From: an uncultured Alphaproteobacteria bacterium
GTDB taxonomy: Bacteria > Pseudomonadota > Alphaproteobacteria > Rhizobiales > Xanthobacteraceae
Length of the DNA stretch: 64,000 nucleotides
Direction of reading: 5' to 3'
NCBI GenBank assembly: GCA_963742375.1
Contig: CAVULP010000003.1
Location: 61,420 to 125,419 of the forward strand
Part shown: positions 10,527 to 20,058 of the stretch, one piece after another
Layout of the letters: each line of letters begins with the position of its first letter
Numbering within the stretch: the first letter of the stretch is position 1
Made by a program: the position numbers and the translations under genes
Notes under the pieces: model-generated
Databases searched by the model: none
Seen by the model: only the letters and a program-made list of their open reading frames with translations
Told to the model about the DNA's origin: nothing

Positions 10527-10726
10527 AAGGAAATGACATGAAGAATTTGGCGAAAGAGGCGCTCTTGGCCGTGTTGGTCGCGGCGTGGGTCGTCGGCCTC
10601 GTGCATCAATTCGGATCGTGGTCGATGACGGCTGTGTATGTCGGGATTTCTCTCATGATGGCGGCTGTGAGTTTCGCCGACCGTCTGGTGCCTAAATTGG
10701 CCCCGCGGCGAAATCGCCGACGGTAA
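10523..10726 (+). CDS. Small membrane protein, hypothetical
   Basis: Two hydrophobic stretches and a basic tail; abuts the kinase stop; alternative ATG at 10538 after AAGGA. Confidence 0.55.
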   Translation: MKGNDMKNLAKEALLAVLVAAWVVGLVHQFGSWSMTAVYVGISLMMAAVSFADRLVPKLAPRRNRRR

Positions 10727-10830
10727 TGGTGACGGCCGGCGGATCGCCACCGCTCGAAGAATTCGCCGCAATGGACCGACGGCGTTCAGAGCTGGTCATT
10801 CAATGAGTTCAACACAGAGGAGACGGCCTC

Positions 10831-10995
10831 ATGTCGCTTGGAACCATACTGCTCATCATCATCGTGATCGTGCTGCTCGGCGGCTTTAGCGGGTTCGGTG
10901 GCGGCCCCTTCTACGGAACCGGTTACTACGGTGGCGGCGGCCTCGGCCTCGTGCTGGTCATCGTGTTGATTCTGGTGCTGCTCGGCAAATTATGA
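10831..10995 (+). CDS. Small membrane protein, DUF3309-like (54 aa)
   Basis: Manual translation MSLGTILLIIIVIVLLGGFSGFGGGPFYGTGYYGGGGLGLVLVIVLILVLLGKL*; GAGGAG RBS upstream; below the ORF-track cutoff. Confidence 0.8.
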   Translation: MSLGTILLIIIVIVLLGGFSGFGGGPFYGTGYYGGGGLGLVLVIVLILVLLGKL

Positions 10996-11234
10996 GCCGT
11001 CGGCAAGGGCTGGTTTGATCCAATCTTGTTGCTGCGAGGCGTGCGTCATGACCCGCCCAAAATGAGTGGTCGCTTTTATACAGACATGCCGTCGGCATGA
11101 TGCCTAGCGTCGTTGGACTGGTCGCCTCTCGCCCCCCCGGCGAACAACCAGTCAAAAACCCCGGCTGCAATTTTCGCAGCCGGGGTTTCGGTCTTTCCAA
11201 GGGCGGCGCGCTCAATTCGCGCCAGCCGATTATC

Positions 11235-12881
11235 TTAACGCCGCGCCGCCGCCGGGCGCTCCCTTGCCGCCTTGAAGCCGGCGACGAAGCGGGCGAGCGT
11301 GTCGGAGGTTTGCCCGCGCGGCAGCATGACTTCGACCAGCGAGAATTGCCCGCGCCGTTGCGCCGCCGCCTCCAGCGCCGCCGCAAGTTCACGCCGCGTG
11401 GTCACCCGCTCGCCCACGCCGCCGAGCGATGCCGCGATGTCGGCGAAATGCCAGTCGTCGAGATCGTTGAATGTCGACTCCGGCTGGAACACGCGCAGCA
11501 TTTCCCAACTGCGGTTGTTGAACAGCACCACGATCGGAGCGAGGCCGTAGCGGCGGCAATTGCCGAGTTCCCAGCCGGTCATCTGGAAGGCGCCGTCGCC
11601 GACCAGAATGAGCGGGCGGCGCCCGGTCGCCACCGCGACGCCGATGCCGGCCGGCACGCCGAAGCCCATGCCGGCGTAATAGCCCGGCGCCACCAGCGCG
11701 GTGTTGTCGATCTCCATGGCGGTGAACAGGCAGTCGCCCATGTCGGCGGCCATCGGCATCGTGCCGTGACGGTCGAACAGATCGTTGACGGCGGCGGCGA
11801 TGTCGGAGGGTTTCAGCGCGGCGTCGTCGGCTTTAAGCCCGCGCGGATAGGCGGGGGCTTTGCGCGTTGCGCGCGCGCCTTTTCTGGCCGTGGGCGCGCG
11901 CGCAGCGAGCGCGTCGACCAGCGCGTCGATCGGCAGGTCGTGATAGACGTGATGGCCGATCTGCACGCTGCGGCCCATGGCGAGGATGGTGCGCTGGGCG
12001 TCGAGCTGGCGCTGCGACAGCGCGAAATTGGTGTCGGACAAAATGACGCCGAGCAGCAGTAGCGCGTCCGCGCCTTCGACGAGCTTGGTGATATCCGGAT
12101 CGCCGGCCGCGCCCAGATAAGTGCCGGCCAGCACGTCGGGCGCGTCTTCCAGCAGGCCGCGGCCCATGAAGGTGGTCACCACCGGCAGGCCGAGCTGGCG
12201 CGCGAGTTTGGCGGTCTGCTGCTCGATGCCGTAGCGGCGGATTTCGACGCCGACCATCAGCACCGGCGCGCGCGCCTTCGCCAGCCTGCCGATGACTTCC
12301 TCGGCGCATTCGGCCAACGCGCCTTTGTCCGCCGGCCGCGGTGGCAGCACTGGCACGGCCGCCATCGGCGCGGCGACGAGATCGCGCGGCACCTCGATAT
12401 AGACCGGCAGCGACTGCTCGCGCGCGCTGCGTAAGGTCCGCGCGATCGCCTCCGGCGCGCTCGCCGGATCGTTCAGCACCGCCTGGTCGCAGGTGATCTC
12501 GCGATAAACGGCAAGCTGGGTGTCGATTGAGCGCGCCTGATGGTGCAGCAGGAAGCCGCCTGCGCGTTCGCGCGCGCCCGGCGCGCCCGCGATCACCACG
12601 ACCGGCGAGCGCTCGGCATAGGCGCCGGCCACCGCATTGACCAGGTTGAAGGCGCCGGCGCCGTAGGTGACGACCGCGACGCCGAGGCCCTGGTGAAAGC
12701 GCGCCGCGGCGTCGGCCGCGAAGCCGACCGCCGGCTCGTGGCTGAGCGTGTAATGCGGCAGGATTTTCGAGTCTTCGATGACCTTGTAGAAGGGCAGCAC
12801 GAAATCGCCGGGAATGCCGAAAATCTCGCGGGCGCCGTAATCCTTCAGCCCTTGCAGCAACCGGAGTGCGAGCGTGGTCAT
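11235..12881 (-). CDS. ipdC: Indolepyruvate/phenylpyruvate decarboxylase (TPP-dependent)
   Basis: IFGIPGDF, SHEPAVGFAAD, TPP motif GDGAFQMTG...LFNN, and ADMGDCLF, typical of the Azospirillum-type enzyme. Confidence 0.85.
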   Translation of the reverse strand: MTTLALRLLQGLKDYGAREIFGIPGDFVLPFYKVIEDSKILPHYTLSHEPAVGFAADAAARFHQGLGVAVVTYGAGAFNLVNAVAGAYAERSPVVVIAGAPGARERAGGFLLHHQARSIDTQLAVYREITCDQAVLNDPASAPEAIARTLRSAREQSLPVYIEVPRDLVAAPMAAVPVLPPRPADKGALAECAEEVIGRLAKARAPVLMVGVEIRRYGIEQQTAKLARQLGLPVVTTFMGRGLLEDAPDVLAGTYLGAAGDPDITKLVEGADALLLLGVILSDTNFALSQRQLDAQRTILAMGRSVQIGHHVYHDLPIDALVDALAARAPTARKGARATRKAPAYPRGLKADDAALKPSDIAAAVNDLFDRHGTMPMAADMGDCLFTAMEIDNTALVAPGYYAGMGFGVPAGIGVAVATGRRPLILVGDGAFQMTGWELGNCRRYGLAPIVVLFNNRSWEMLRVFQPESTFNDLDDWHFADIAASLGGVGERVTTRRELAAALEAAAQRRGQFSLVEVMLPRGQTSDTLARFVAGFKAARERPAAARR

Positions 12882-12907
12882 GGCCGGCATGATAGCCGGG
12901 TTTGCGG

Positions 12908-13325
12908 CTAGCCGCTGAAGCCGCGCGGCTTCTTTTCGGTGTCCGCCGCCATGTGGTCCCAAGGCTGCGCGCTGGCGGTGAAGAGGTCGAGCCCGGGCTT
13001 GTAGAGCGTCGGATCGTCGAGGCTTGCGGCCTGGAGCCGATCACGTCGGGCATGCGCTCGAGTTTGGCACCAGCAGCTGGCTGCCGCAGGTCGGGCAGAA
13101 GCCGCGCTCGACCGCCTTAGCCGGCGTCGCCGACGGTTTTGTAAATGCGCGGCGCGCCGGCGATCTGCACGGCCGCGGCCGGCACCATCACGACCGGCGC
13201 ATAAGCCGCTGCCGCTCGGCGCGCTGGCAGTCGCGGCAATGGCAGTTCACCATGACGACGGGATCGGCTTCGGTCTCGTAGCGGATGGCGCCGCAGAGGC
13301 AGCCGCCGGTCAGTTTCTTTCCCAT
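12908..13325 (-). CDS. GFA (CENP-V/GFA) family protein (frameshifted)
   Basis: [16 protein letters not shown]...NCHCRDCQR, then RGFCPTCG in another frame. Confidence 0.82.
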
Positions 13326-13338
13326 GGCAGGCTCCTCG

Positions 13339-14055
13339 CTAAAAGATGCCCGGCAGCAGCCGGTAGCGCACGCGCGCGGCATAATCGACGTAGGCCGGGT
13401 CGCGCTTGAGCAAAGCTTCCTCGCGCAGCAGCCGCGCCACTTCGATGGCCAGCACCGCGGCATAGAGCAAGGCGTTGCGCAGCGACGGGAAGCCGATGAG
13501 GAAGCCGATATGGGTGAGCGTGTAGCCGGCATAGATCGGGTGGCGCACGACACGATAGAGGCCGCGCGTCCGCACGCCGCGGTTGGCCGGCACCAGGCCG
13601 AAGCTGCGCCAGAGCGCGGCCTTGCCGGAAATCTGCACCAGCAGGCCGGCGAGCATCAGCGTGGTGGTGACCGCCGCCGGAATGAACGGGTTGGCTGCCG
13701 CCGGCGTGGTCAGCAGCAGCGGCGCGCTCACCGCGCTGAAGCTCAACGCCCAATCGAACGGCTGCGACGACAGCGAGGCCGAGCGCCGGCGGATCACAAT
13801 GAGCAGGGCGCCGAGCGCTTCCCCGATCACCAGCAGCAGCGCCTGCGCGTTGATGCCGGCGGCGAGCAGGATCACTTCGGGATGCGCGATCTCGACCAGC
13901 GCCAGATCGACGAGGCGCGGCAGCATGCGGTGCGCAAACAGCGCAAACAGCACCAGCACGGCGGCGCGTTCGGCGAGATCGAGCGCGAGGTCCATGCTGA
14001 GCAGCGCGGACAAACGCCGCCGCAGCGGTCGCTCGGCGTCTTGCTCGATCGTCAT
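13339..14055 (-). CDS. Isoprenylcysteine carboxyl methyltransferase/PEMT family membrane protein
   Basis: Multiple TM segments; [20 protein letters not shown]...VRYRLLPG. Confidence 0.82.
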   Translation of the reverse strand: MTIEQDAERPLRRRLSALLSMDLALDLAERAAVLVLFALFAHRMLPRLVDLALVEIAHPEVILLAAGINAQALLLVIGEALGALLIVIRRRSASLSSQPFDWALSFSAVSAPLLLTTPAAANPFIPAAVTTTLMLAGLLVQISGKAALWRSFGLVPANRGVRTRGLYRVVRHPIYAGYTLTHIGFLIGFPSLRNALLYAAVLAIEVARLLREEALLKRDPAYVDYAARVRYRLLPGIF

Positions 14056-14072
14056 GAGCGCCGGCCCGCGGC

Positions 14073-14378
14073 CTATTGCTTCGGTGGCGGCTCCGTGGCG
14101 GCCGGTGCCATCGTCGGCATCGCTGCCGGCTTCTTGGTCGTGGCGGGCTTTTTCATGACGGCGGCCTTTTTCTTGGCGTCCTTGCGCGCGGCCGGCTCGT
14201 AATTGCCCTTGGCCATGCACTTCTTGATGAAGGCATTGGCCTTGGCGCCTTCCAGATTCTCCGATTGGGCGCCGACCTTGCAGGTCTCCATCTTTTCCTT
14301 GGCGGTGATCGCGGAGGCCGGGCTCGCCAGCAGCAGCAGCGGCAGGGCGAAAAGGCCGAGAGTTCGCAGCATGGTCAT
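14073..14378 (-). CDS. Small secreted protein, PsiF-repeat-like, with Lys/Ala/Pro tail
   Basis: Signal peptide, then KMETC...LEG....AFIKKCM pattern; AAGGAG RBS. Confidence 0.65.
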   Translation of the reverse strand: MTMLRTLGLFALPLLLLASPASAITAKEKMETCKVGAQSENLEGAKANAFIKKCMAKGNYEPAARKDAKKKAAVMKKPATTKKPAAMPTMAPAATEPPPKQ

Positions 14379-14446
14379 GGCTCCTTGGCTCCTTGGCACC
14401 TTGTCGTGTCCTCGCCGCGCGAGCATAGCACGGATCGTGCGATGGG

Positions 14447-16504
14447 TCAGCGCAGCGCCGCCGCAATATTGCCGCCATCGACGGTGGTGACGTCGGCGGT
14501 GGTTTTCAGCGCCAGCGCCTGCGCCAGGAAGGCCTGCGCCACGTCGTCGGCGGTGACTTCGCGGTGCAGCAGGTTGCCGCTCATGTAATCCTGTTCGGAG
14601 ACGCCGCGCGCCTGCGCGCGCTCTTTGATGAAGTCGTCGGTGAGGATGCCGGAGCGAATGCGGTCGGCATTGACCGCATTGGCGCGGATGCCGTCGGCGC
14701 CGTAGTCGAGCGCGTATTGCCGCATCAGGAACAGCGTCGCGGCCTTGGGCAGGCCGTAGGGGCCGAAAGAAGGTCCGGGATTGACCGCCTGCTTGGAGAC
14801 GTTGAACAGCAGGCAGCCGCCGGTGCCCTGTGCCAGCATGATCCTGACGGCGGCCTGCGCCACCTTCTGGTGCGCGAAGAAATTCAATTCGAAGCTTGCG
14901 CGCAGCACCGCCTCGTCGACCTCGCCGATCTTGCCCTGCCAGGCGCCGCCGGCGTTGGAGATCGCGATATCGACGCCGCCGAATTCGTGCGACCACGGCA
15001 TCGAACGCGGCCGCGACCGAGGCCGCGTCGGTGACGTCGCAGGCGAAGCGCAATCGCGCCGCCGCCGACGCCTGCGGCTTTCTCTTGCGCGGCTTTCAGA
15101 TCGCGATCGAGCAGCGCGACGGCCGCGCCCGCCGCGGCGAACGCGCGCGCGCTGGCCGCGCCGATGGCGCCGCCGGCGCCGGTGATCGCCGCGATTTGCC
15201 CGGCCAGCGGCAAGACTTTGCGGGCGCCGAGTTTCGCCAGCTCGAGCGGCCAATAGTCCATATCGAACGTGTCGGCTTCGCCGATCGAGGTGAAGCGGCC
15301 GATCGATTCCGCGTCGGTGACGCCTTCAATGCCCGCTTCCGCGATGTCGGCGGCAATCGCCGCGTCCTTGACGCTTCCGCCCAGGCCGAACAGGCCGAGC
15401 CCCGGCACCAGCGCCAGCCGCGGCGCCGGATCGTGCATGGCCGCGCCATTGGCGCGCGCCGTGTTGCGGGCAAAATAGGCGCGGTAGTCCTCCACGAATT
15501 GCCGCGCCGCCTCGCGCGCGGCCCGTTTGAAATCGTCGAGCTTGCCGGCTTGCGGCGCGCTCAGGATCAGCGGCCAGGGCTTCACGCGCAACACGTGGTC
15601 GGGCGTGATGACGCCTGCGCGGGCATAGCGCGCGATATCCTTGCCGTTGACGTAATTCAAGATCGCGTCGCTGGTGCGGAAGTCCATGATCGGCCGCTGG
15701 TGCGCGCCTTCGCCGTGGGCGTCGCGCAACGAACAGGCCCCGCGCACAATCGGCGCCACCTCGGCGAGCGGCGCCAGCGGCGCCGGCGGCGCGGCGGTGG
15801 CGAAGGCTTTGCGGTTCTTCTGCAGGCGCTGTTCGGCGAGCGTGACGAACTCGATCATGCGTTCGTAGGCCTCGCGCGCGCTCGCGCCGAAGGTGAAGAT
15901 GCCGTGCTTGTCGAGGATCAGGCCTTCGACCGTCGGGTCCTGCTCGAACACCTGCGCGGCTTTTTTCGACAGCGCAAAGCCCGGCATCACGTAAGGCACG
16001 AAGCCGAGCCGCCGGCCGTAGACCTCGGCGCAGAGCGTCTGCCGAATTGGGCTGATCGATCAGGCTGAGCACCGCGGTGGCGTGGCTGTGATCGATGAAC
16101 GTCGCCGGGATGAAGGCGTGCAGCAGCGTTTCGACCGACGGGGAAGGCGACTGCGGATCGATCAGAAAGGCGCGCAACACGCGCGCCATCTCGGCGTCGG
16201 ACATTTCCGCGCGCGCGCGCAACGCAAGCAGCGGGGCAAGCCGCACCGCCGGCAAGCCGGCCGGCTCGATCGCGGCCATGTCCCAGCCGGAACCCTTGAC
16301 GTAGAGCGCCTCGACTTCGGCGCCGGCAAGATCGCGCGCCTTGGCCTTGACCGACGTGTTGCCGCCGCCGTGCAGGACCAGCTTGGGATCGCGCCCGATC
16401 AGCCGCGTGGAATAGACGCGCAGCGCCAGCTCGGGCGCGATGCCGGCCCTGCCATAGCGGTCGACCGCGCCTTTGGCGTCGCGCTCGACCCAGGCGGATT
16501 TCAT
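14447..16504 (-). CDS. Bifunctional class II aldolase/short-chain dehydrogenase (frameshifted)
   Basis: MKSAW, LVLHGGGNTSVK, PSVETLLH, TPDHV, ITGAGGAIG and YGLPKA motifs over three ORFs. Confidence 0.88.
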
Positions 16505-16533
16505 TTTGCCGGGCGCACGATCGCGATCATGCG

Positions 16534-19467
16534 CTAGTCCTTGTCGCCCAGCAGCCGCTTGCCCCACCAGCCGCGCTTGGGCGTGCCGGCGTTGTCGGCG
16601 GCGGTGCTGGAGATCACCGGCGTCGGCGGCGGCAGAGTCGGCGAGGGCGCCGGCGCGCTGTCCTTGCCGAACGAGGCGGGTTCGCGCACGGTCGAGCGCC
16701 GGCGCGGCGTATCCGGCTCACTTGCGGCCTGCTCGGGCGCCGGTGCCGGTGCCGGGCGTTGTTCGGCCGGCGGCGCGTAGTCGCGTGCCGCTTGCGAGGG
16801 CGCAGCTTGGCTGGGCGGGCTTTCGCGGCCATAGCCCGGCTCGCGATCCCCGGCCGGCGGACGGTCGAGATCTTCGACCGCGTGCTGCAGATCGGGCTCC
16901 GGCTGGCCGTCATTCGAAATGAACGGCGTCTCGCCATTGCCGTTACGGCGTCGGTTGCGTCGTCCGCCGCGGCGTCCGCGCCGCCGGCGGTGCCGGCCAT
17001 CGCGGTTCGCGTCGCCTTCGCCGCCGGCCTGCAAGGGCGGGCGTTCCATCGGTTCGCCGCCGGCATCTTCCTCGGGCGAGCCGGCGTCGTGATCCTCGTG
17101 CGCGATCGCGTGCTCGGGCACGGTCTCGTGCGTGAATGGCGGCGCCGCTGGCGCCCCTTCGCGCGGCTCAGTGCCGCGGCCGCGACCGCGGCCGCCACGC
17201 CCGCGCCGCCTGCGGCGGCCGCCTTCGCGAGCGGCCTCGCCGTCGCGTCCGGGCTCACGCGCGGGCTGCGCCACCGCGCCTTCGTGCTCAGGCTCAGCTT
17301 CGGCGCTCTCGATCTCCGCTGCTTCGACGTCGTCCGCAACGATGTCGTCTTCGACGATGTCGTCCTCGACCGTTTCCTCGATCGGCATTTCGGCGCGCGC
17401 CGCTGCGGCTATAAGCTTGGCCGCATCGACCGAATGCACCTGCTCGCCGCGGTCGATGATGTAGGACACCTGGCCGGTCACGGTCGCGTCGGCCGAAATG
17501 GTCAGCGTGACGCGGAAGCGCTCTTCCAGCACGCGCAGATGAGCGCGCTTGTGGTTGAGCACATAGAGCGCGACTTCCGAGCGCGTGCGCACGATCAGAT
17601 TGTGGGTGGCGCCCTTGAGCAGCATCTCCTCGAGCGCGCGCAGCAATTGCAGCGCCACCGACGACACCGAGCGCACATGGCCGGTGCCGCCGCACTGCGG
17701 GCATTTCTCGGTCGAGCTTTCCAGCACCGAGGAGCGGATGCGCTGGCGCGACATTTCCAGCAGGCCGAAATGCGAGATGCGGCCGACCTGGATGCGCGCG
17801 CGGTCGTTCTTGAGCGCGTCCTTCATGCGCCGCTCGACCGTGCGGTTGTTGCGGTTCTCGTCCATGTCGATGAAGTCGATGACGATCAGGCCGGCGAGAT
17901 CGCGCAAGCGCAGTTGCCGGGCGATCTCCTCGGCCGCCTCGCGATTGGTCTTGAGCGCGGTGTCCTCGATGTGGTGCTCGCGCGTGGCGCGGCCCGAGTT
18001 CACGTCGATCGCGACCAGCGCTTCGGTCTGGTTGATCACGATGTAGCCGCCGGAGCGCAACTGCACCACCGGCGAGAACATGGCGTCGAGCTGGCTCTCG
18101 ATGCCGCAGCGCGTGAACAGCGGCTGGGTGTCCTTGTAGAGCTTCACATTCTTGACATGGCTCGGCATCAGCATGCGCATGAAGTCCTGGCTTCCTTGTA
18201 GCCCTCGTCGCCGGCGACGACGATCTCGTCGATGTCCTTGTTGTAGAGGTCGCGGATCGAGCGCTTGACCAGCGAGCCTTCCTCGTAGACCAGCTTCGGC
18301 GCGGTCGATTTCAGCGTGAGATCGCGCACCGTCTCCCACAGCCGCAGCAGATATTCGAAGTCGCGCTTGACTTCGGTCTTGGTGCGGGAGGCGCCGGCGG
18401 TGCGCAGGATCACGCCCATGCCCTCCGGCACTTCGAGTTCGGTGGCGATTTCTTTGAGCCGGTTGCGGTCTTCCGCGGATGGTGATCTTGCGCGAGATGC
18501 CGCCGCCGCGCGCGGTGTTGGGCATCAGCACCGAATAGCGGCCGGCGAGCGAGAGATAGGTGGTGAGCGCCGCGCCCTTGGTGCCGCGCTCTTCCTTGAC
18601 CACCTGCACCAGCATGACCTGCCGGCGCTTGATCACTTCCTGGATCTTGTACTGGCGGCGGAAGCGCGGCACGCGCTCCTGCACTTCTTCGAGCGCGTCG
18701 GCGCCGCCGACGGATTCGACCGCCTCGTCCTCGTGCTGTTCTTCGCCATTGCCGTTGCCGGGTTCGCCTGCGGGCGCGGGTTCGGCGGCGGCATCGGCGA
18801 GTTCTTGCGGGCTTGCTTCGGTCGCAAATTCCTGCACCGCCTCGCCGCCGTCCGGCGCGGGCGGCGGCTCGATCGCGTCTTCGCCGGCGCGGAATTCAGC
18901 CGCTTCGCGCGCGCTGTCTTCGGCGGTGAATTCGGCCGTGGGCTGCGCGGGCTCGCGCACGTCGGCGGTGGTTTCGTCGAACTCGGCGGGCGAGGGTTGG
19001 CCCATGGCGGCTTCGCCGGCCGGGATTTCGGCGGCCTCGCGCGCCACTTCGCCATCCGCCAGCGGTTCGCTGCGCCTGACGTCGTCGCGTTGGCGTTGGC
19101 CACGTTGACGGTGGCGGCCGCGGCCGCGCCCGCCGCCGCCGCGCGCGCGATGGTCGGCTTCGGCGTCGGCTTCGCGCTGGTCGCGTTCTTCCTGCGCGAT
19201 CAGCGCCTGCCGGTCGGCGACCGGGATCTGGTAGTAGTCGGGATGGATTTCGGAGAACGCCAGGAAGCCGTGGCGGTTGCCGCCGTAGTCGACGAAGGCC
19301 GCCTGCAGCGACGGCTCGACGCGCGTGACCTTGGCGAGGTAGATGTTACCGCGAAGCTGCTTGCGGTTGGCGCTCTCGAAGTCGAATTCCTCGACGCGAT
19401 TTCCGCGCAGCACGACGACCCGGGTCTCTTCCGGGTGGGTCGCGTCGATCAGCATTTTGTCGGGCAT
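16534..19467 (-). CDS. rne: Ribonuclease E
   Basis: KMLIDATHPEETRV, S1 domain, DVNSG, RLRDLAGLIVIDFIDM, CPQCGGTG Zn link, Arg-rich disordered C-terminus; short compensated frameshift at about 18190-18480. Confidence 0.96.
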   Translation of the reverse strand: MPDKMLIDATHPEETRVVVLRGNRVEEFDFESANRKQLRGNIYLAKVTRVEPSLQAAFVDYGGNRHGFLAFSEIHPDYYQIPVADRQALIAQEERDQREADAEADHRARGGGGRGRGRHRQRGQRQRDDVRRSEPLADGEVAREAAEIPAGEAAMGQPSPAEFDETTADVREPAQPTAEFTAEDSAREAAEFRAGEDAIEPPPAPDGGEAVQEFATEASPQELADAAAEPAPAGEPGNGNGEEQHEDEAVESVGGADALEEVQERVPRFRRQYKIQEVIKRRQVMLVQVVKEERGTKGAALTTYLSLAGRYSVLMPNTARGGGISRKITIRGRPQPAQRNRHRTRSAGGHGRDPAHRRRLPHQDRSQARLRISAAAVGDGARSHAEIDRAEAGLRGRLAGQALDPRPLQQGHRRDRRRRRRGLQGSQDFMRMLMPSHVKNVKLYKDTQPLFTRCGIESQLDAMFSPVVQLRSGGYIVINQTEALVAIDVNSGRATREHHIEDTALKTNREAAEEIARQLRLRDLAGLIVIDFIDMDENRNNRTVERRMKDALKNDRARIQVGRISHFGLLEMSRQRIRSSVLESSTEKCPQCGGTGHVRSVSSVALQLLRALEEMLLKGATHNLIVRTRSEVALYVLNHKRAHLRVLEERFRVTLTISADATVTGQVSYIIDRGEQVHSVDAAKLIAAAARAEMPIEETVEDDIVEDDIVADDVEAAEIESAEAEPEHEGAVAQPAREPGRDGEAAREGGRRRRRGRGGRGRGRGTEPREGAPAAPPFTHETVPEHAIAHEDHDAGSPEEDAGGEPMERPPLQAGGEGDANRDGRHRRRRGRRGGRRNRRRNGNGETPFISNDGQPEPDLQHAVEDLDRPPAGDREPGYGRESPPSQAAPSQAARDYAPPAEQRPAPAPAPEQAASEPDTPRRRSTVREPASFGKDSAPAPSPTLPPPTPVISSTAADNAGTPKRGWWGKRLLGDKD

Positions 19468-20058
19468 GGATCAATCTCACTAAGGCGGAGGCGCCTGCAG
19501 GCTCGCGCACAATCGTCGGCGCGAAGCGGCGCAGGGGGCAGTCCGCCGGATGGGTGTGGATGGGAGGGGCTGCGTTTTCACGCGAAAGCGGAACGAGGGC
19601 CGAGCTAAAACGCGCCGTCGCGATTAAATCGCGAGAGCGGTGGACCTCGAATAGCCTTTGCTGCGTCTTCGGCAGCATGAAACTGCAACCCGTAGCGCTG
19701 CGGCCGCGCCAATCGAAGCGCAAGCCGAGGTTTCTCGTCACTGGCGGTCGTGAATGCGGGCGGCCCAAGGCCGCGCGCCGATCCGATTGTCCTTGACTAA
19801 GGGTTTCGGCTCGTTTCGCTCGTCCGTCCGCCGGCCTTCCTCGAGGGGGCGATCCTGGACCAAAGCGTGCCGGAACCCGAACGCGGCACAATCGGAACTT
19901 TAACCGTCAGCAAGTTCCTACATACGGCGCTAAGTGCTTGATGGCAAGGCGTCTGTGCAGGCTCGCCACACTTGCGTGGCGAACGAGCCCTTCCGCTTAA
20001 CTTCCGTTAACCGAACGCCCCTTATTGGAGTAGAAAGAGCCGGAAAGGGTCCTGAATC

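Noticed and set aside
13339-15053. ORFs suggesting SDR/PsiF-like or PsiF-like/methyltransferase fusions
   Set aside because: Upstream extensions are GC-rich open frames; each gene has its own plausible start
19997-20010. TTAA-N6-TTAAC upstream of amiC as a CtrA box
   Set aside because: Spacer is 6 rather than 7 nt; it could be an indel error but cannot be supported as is
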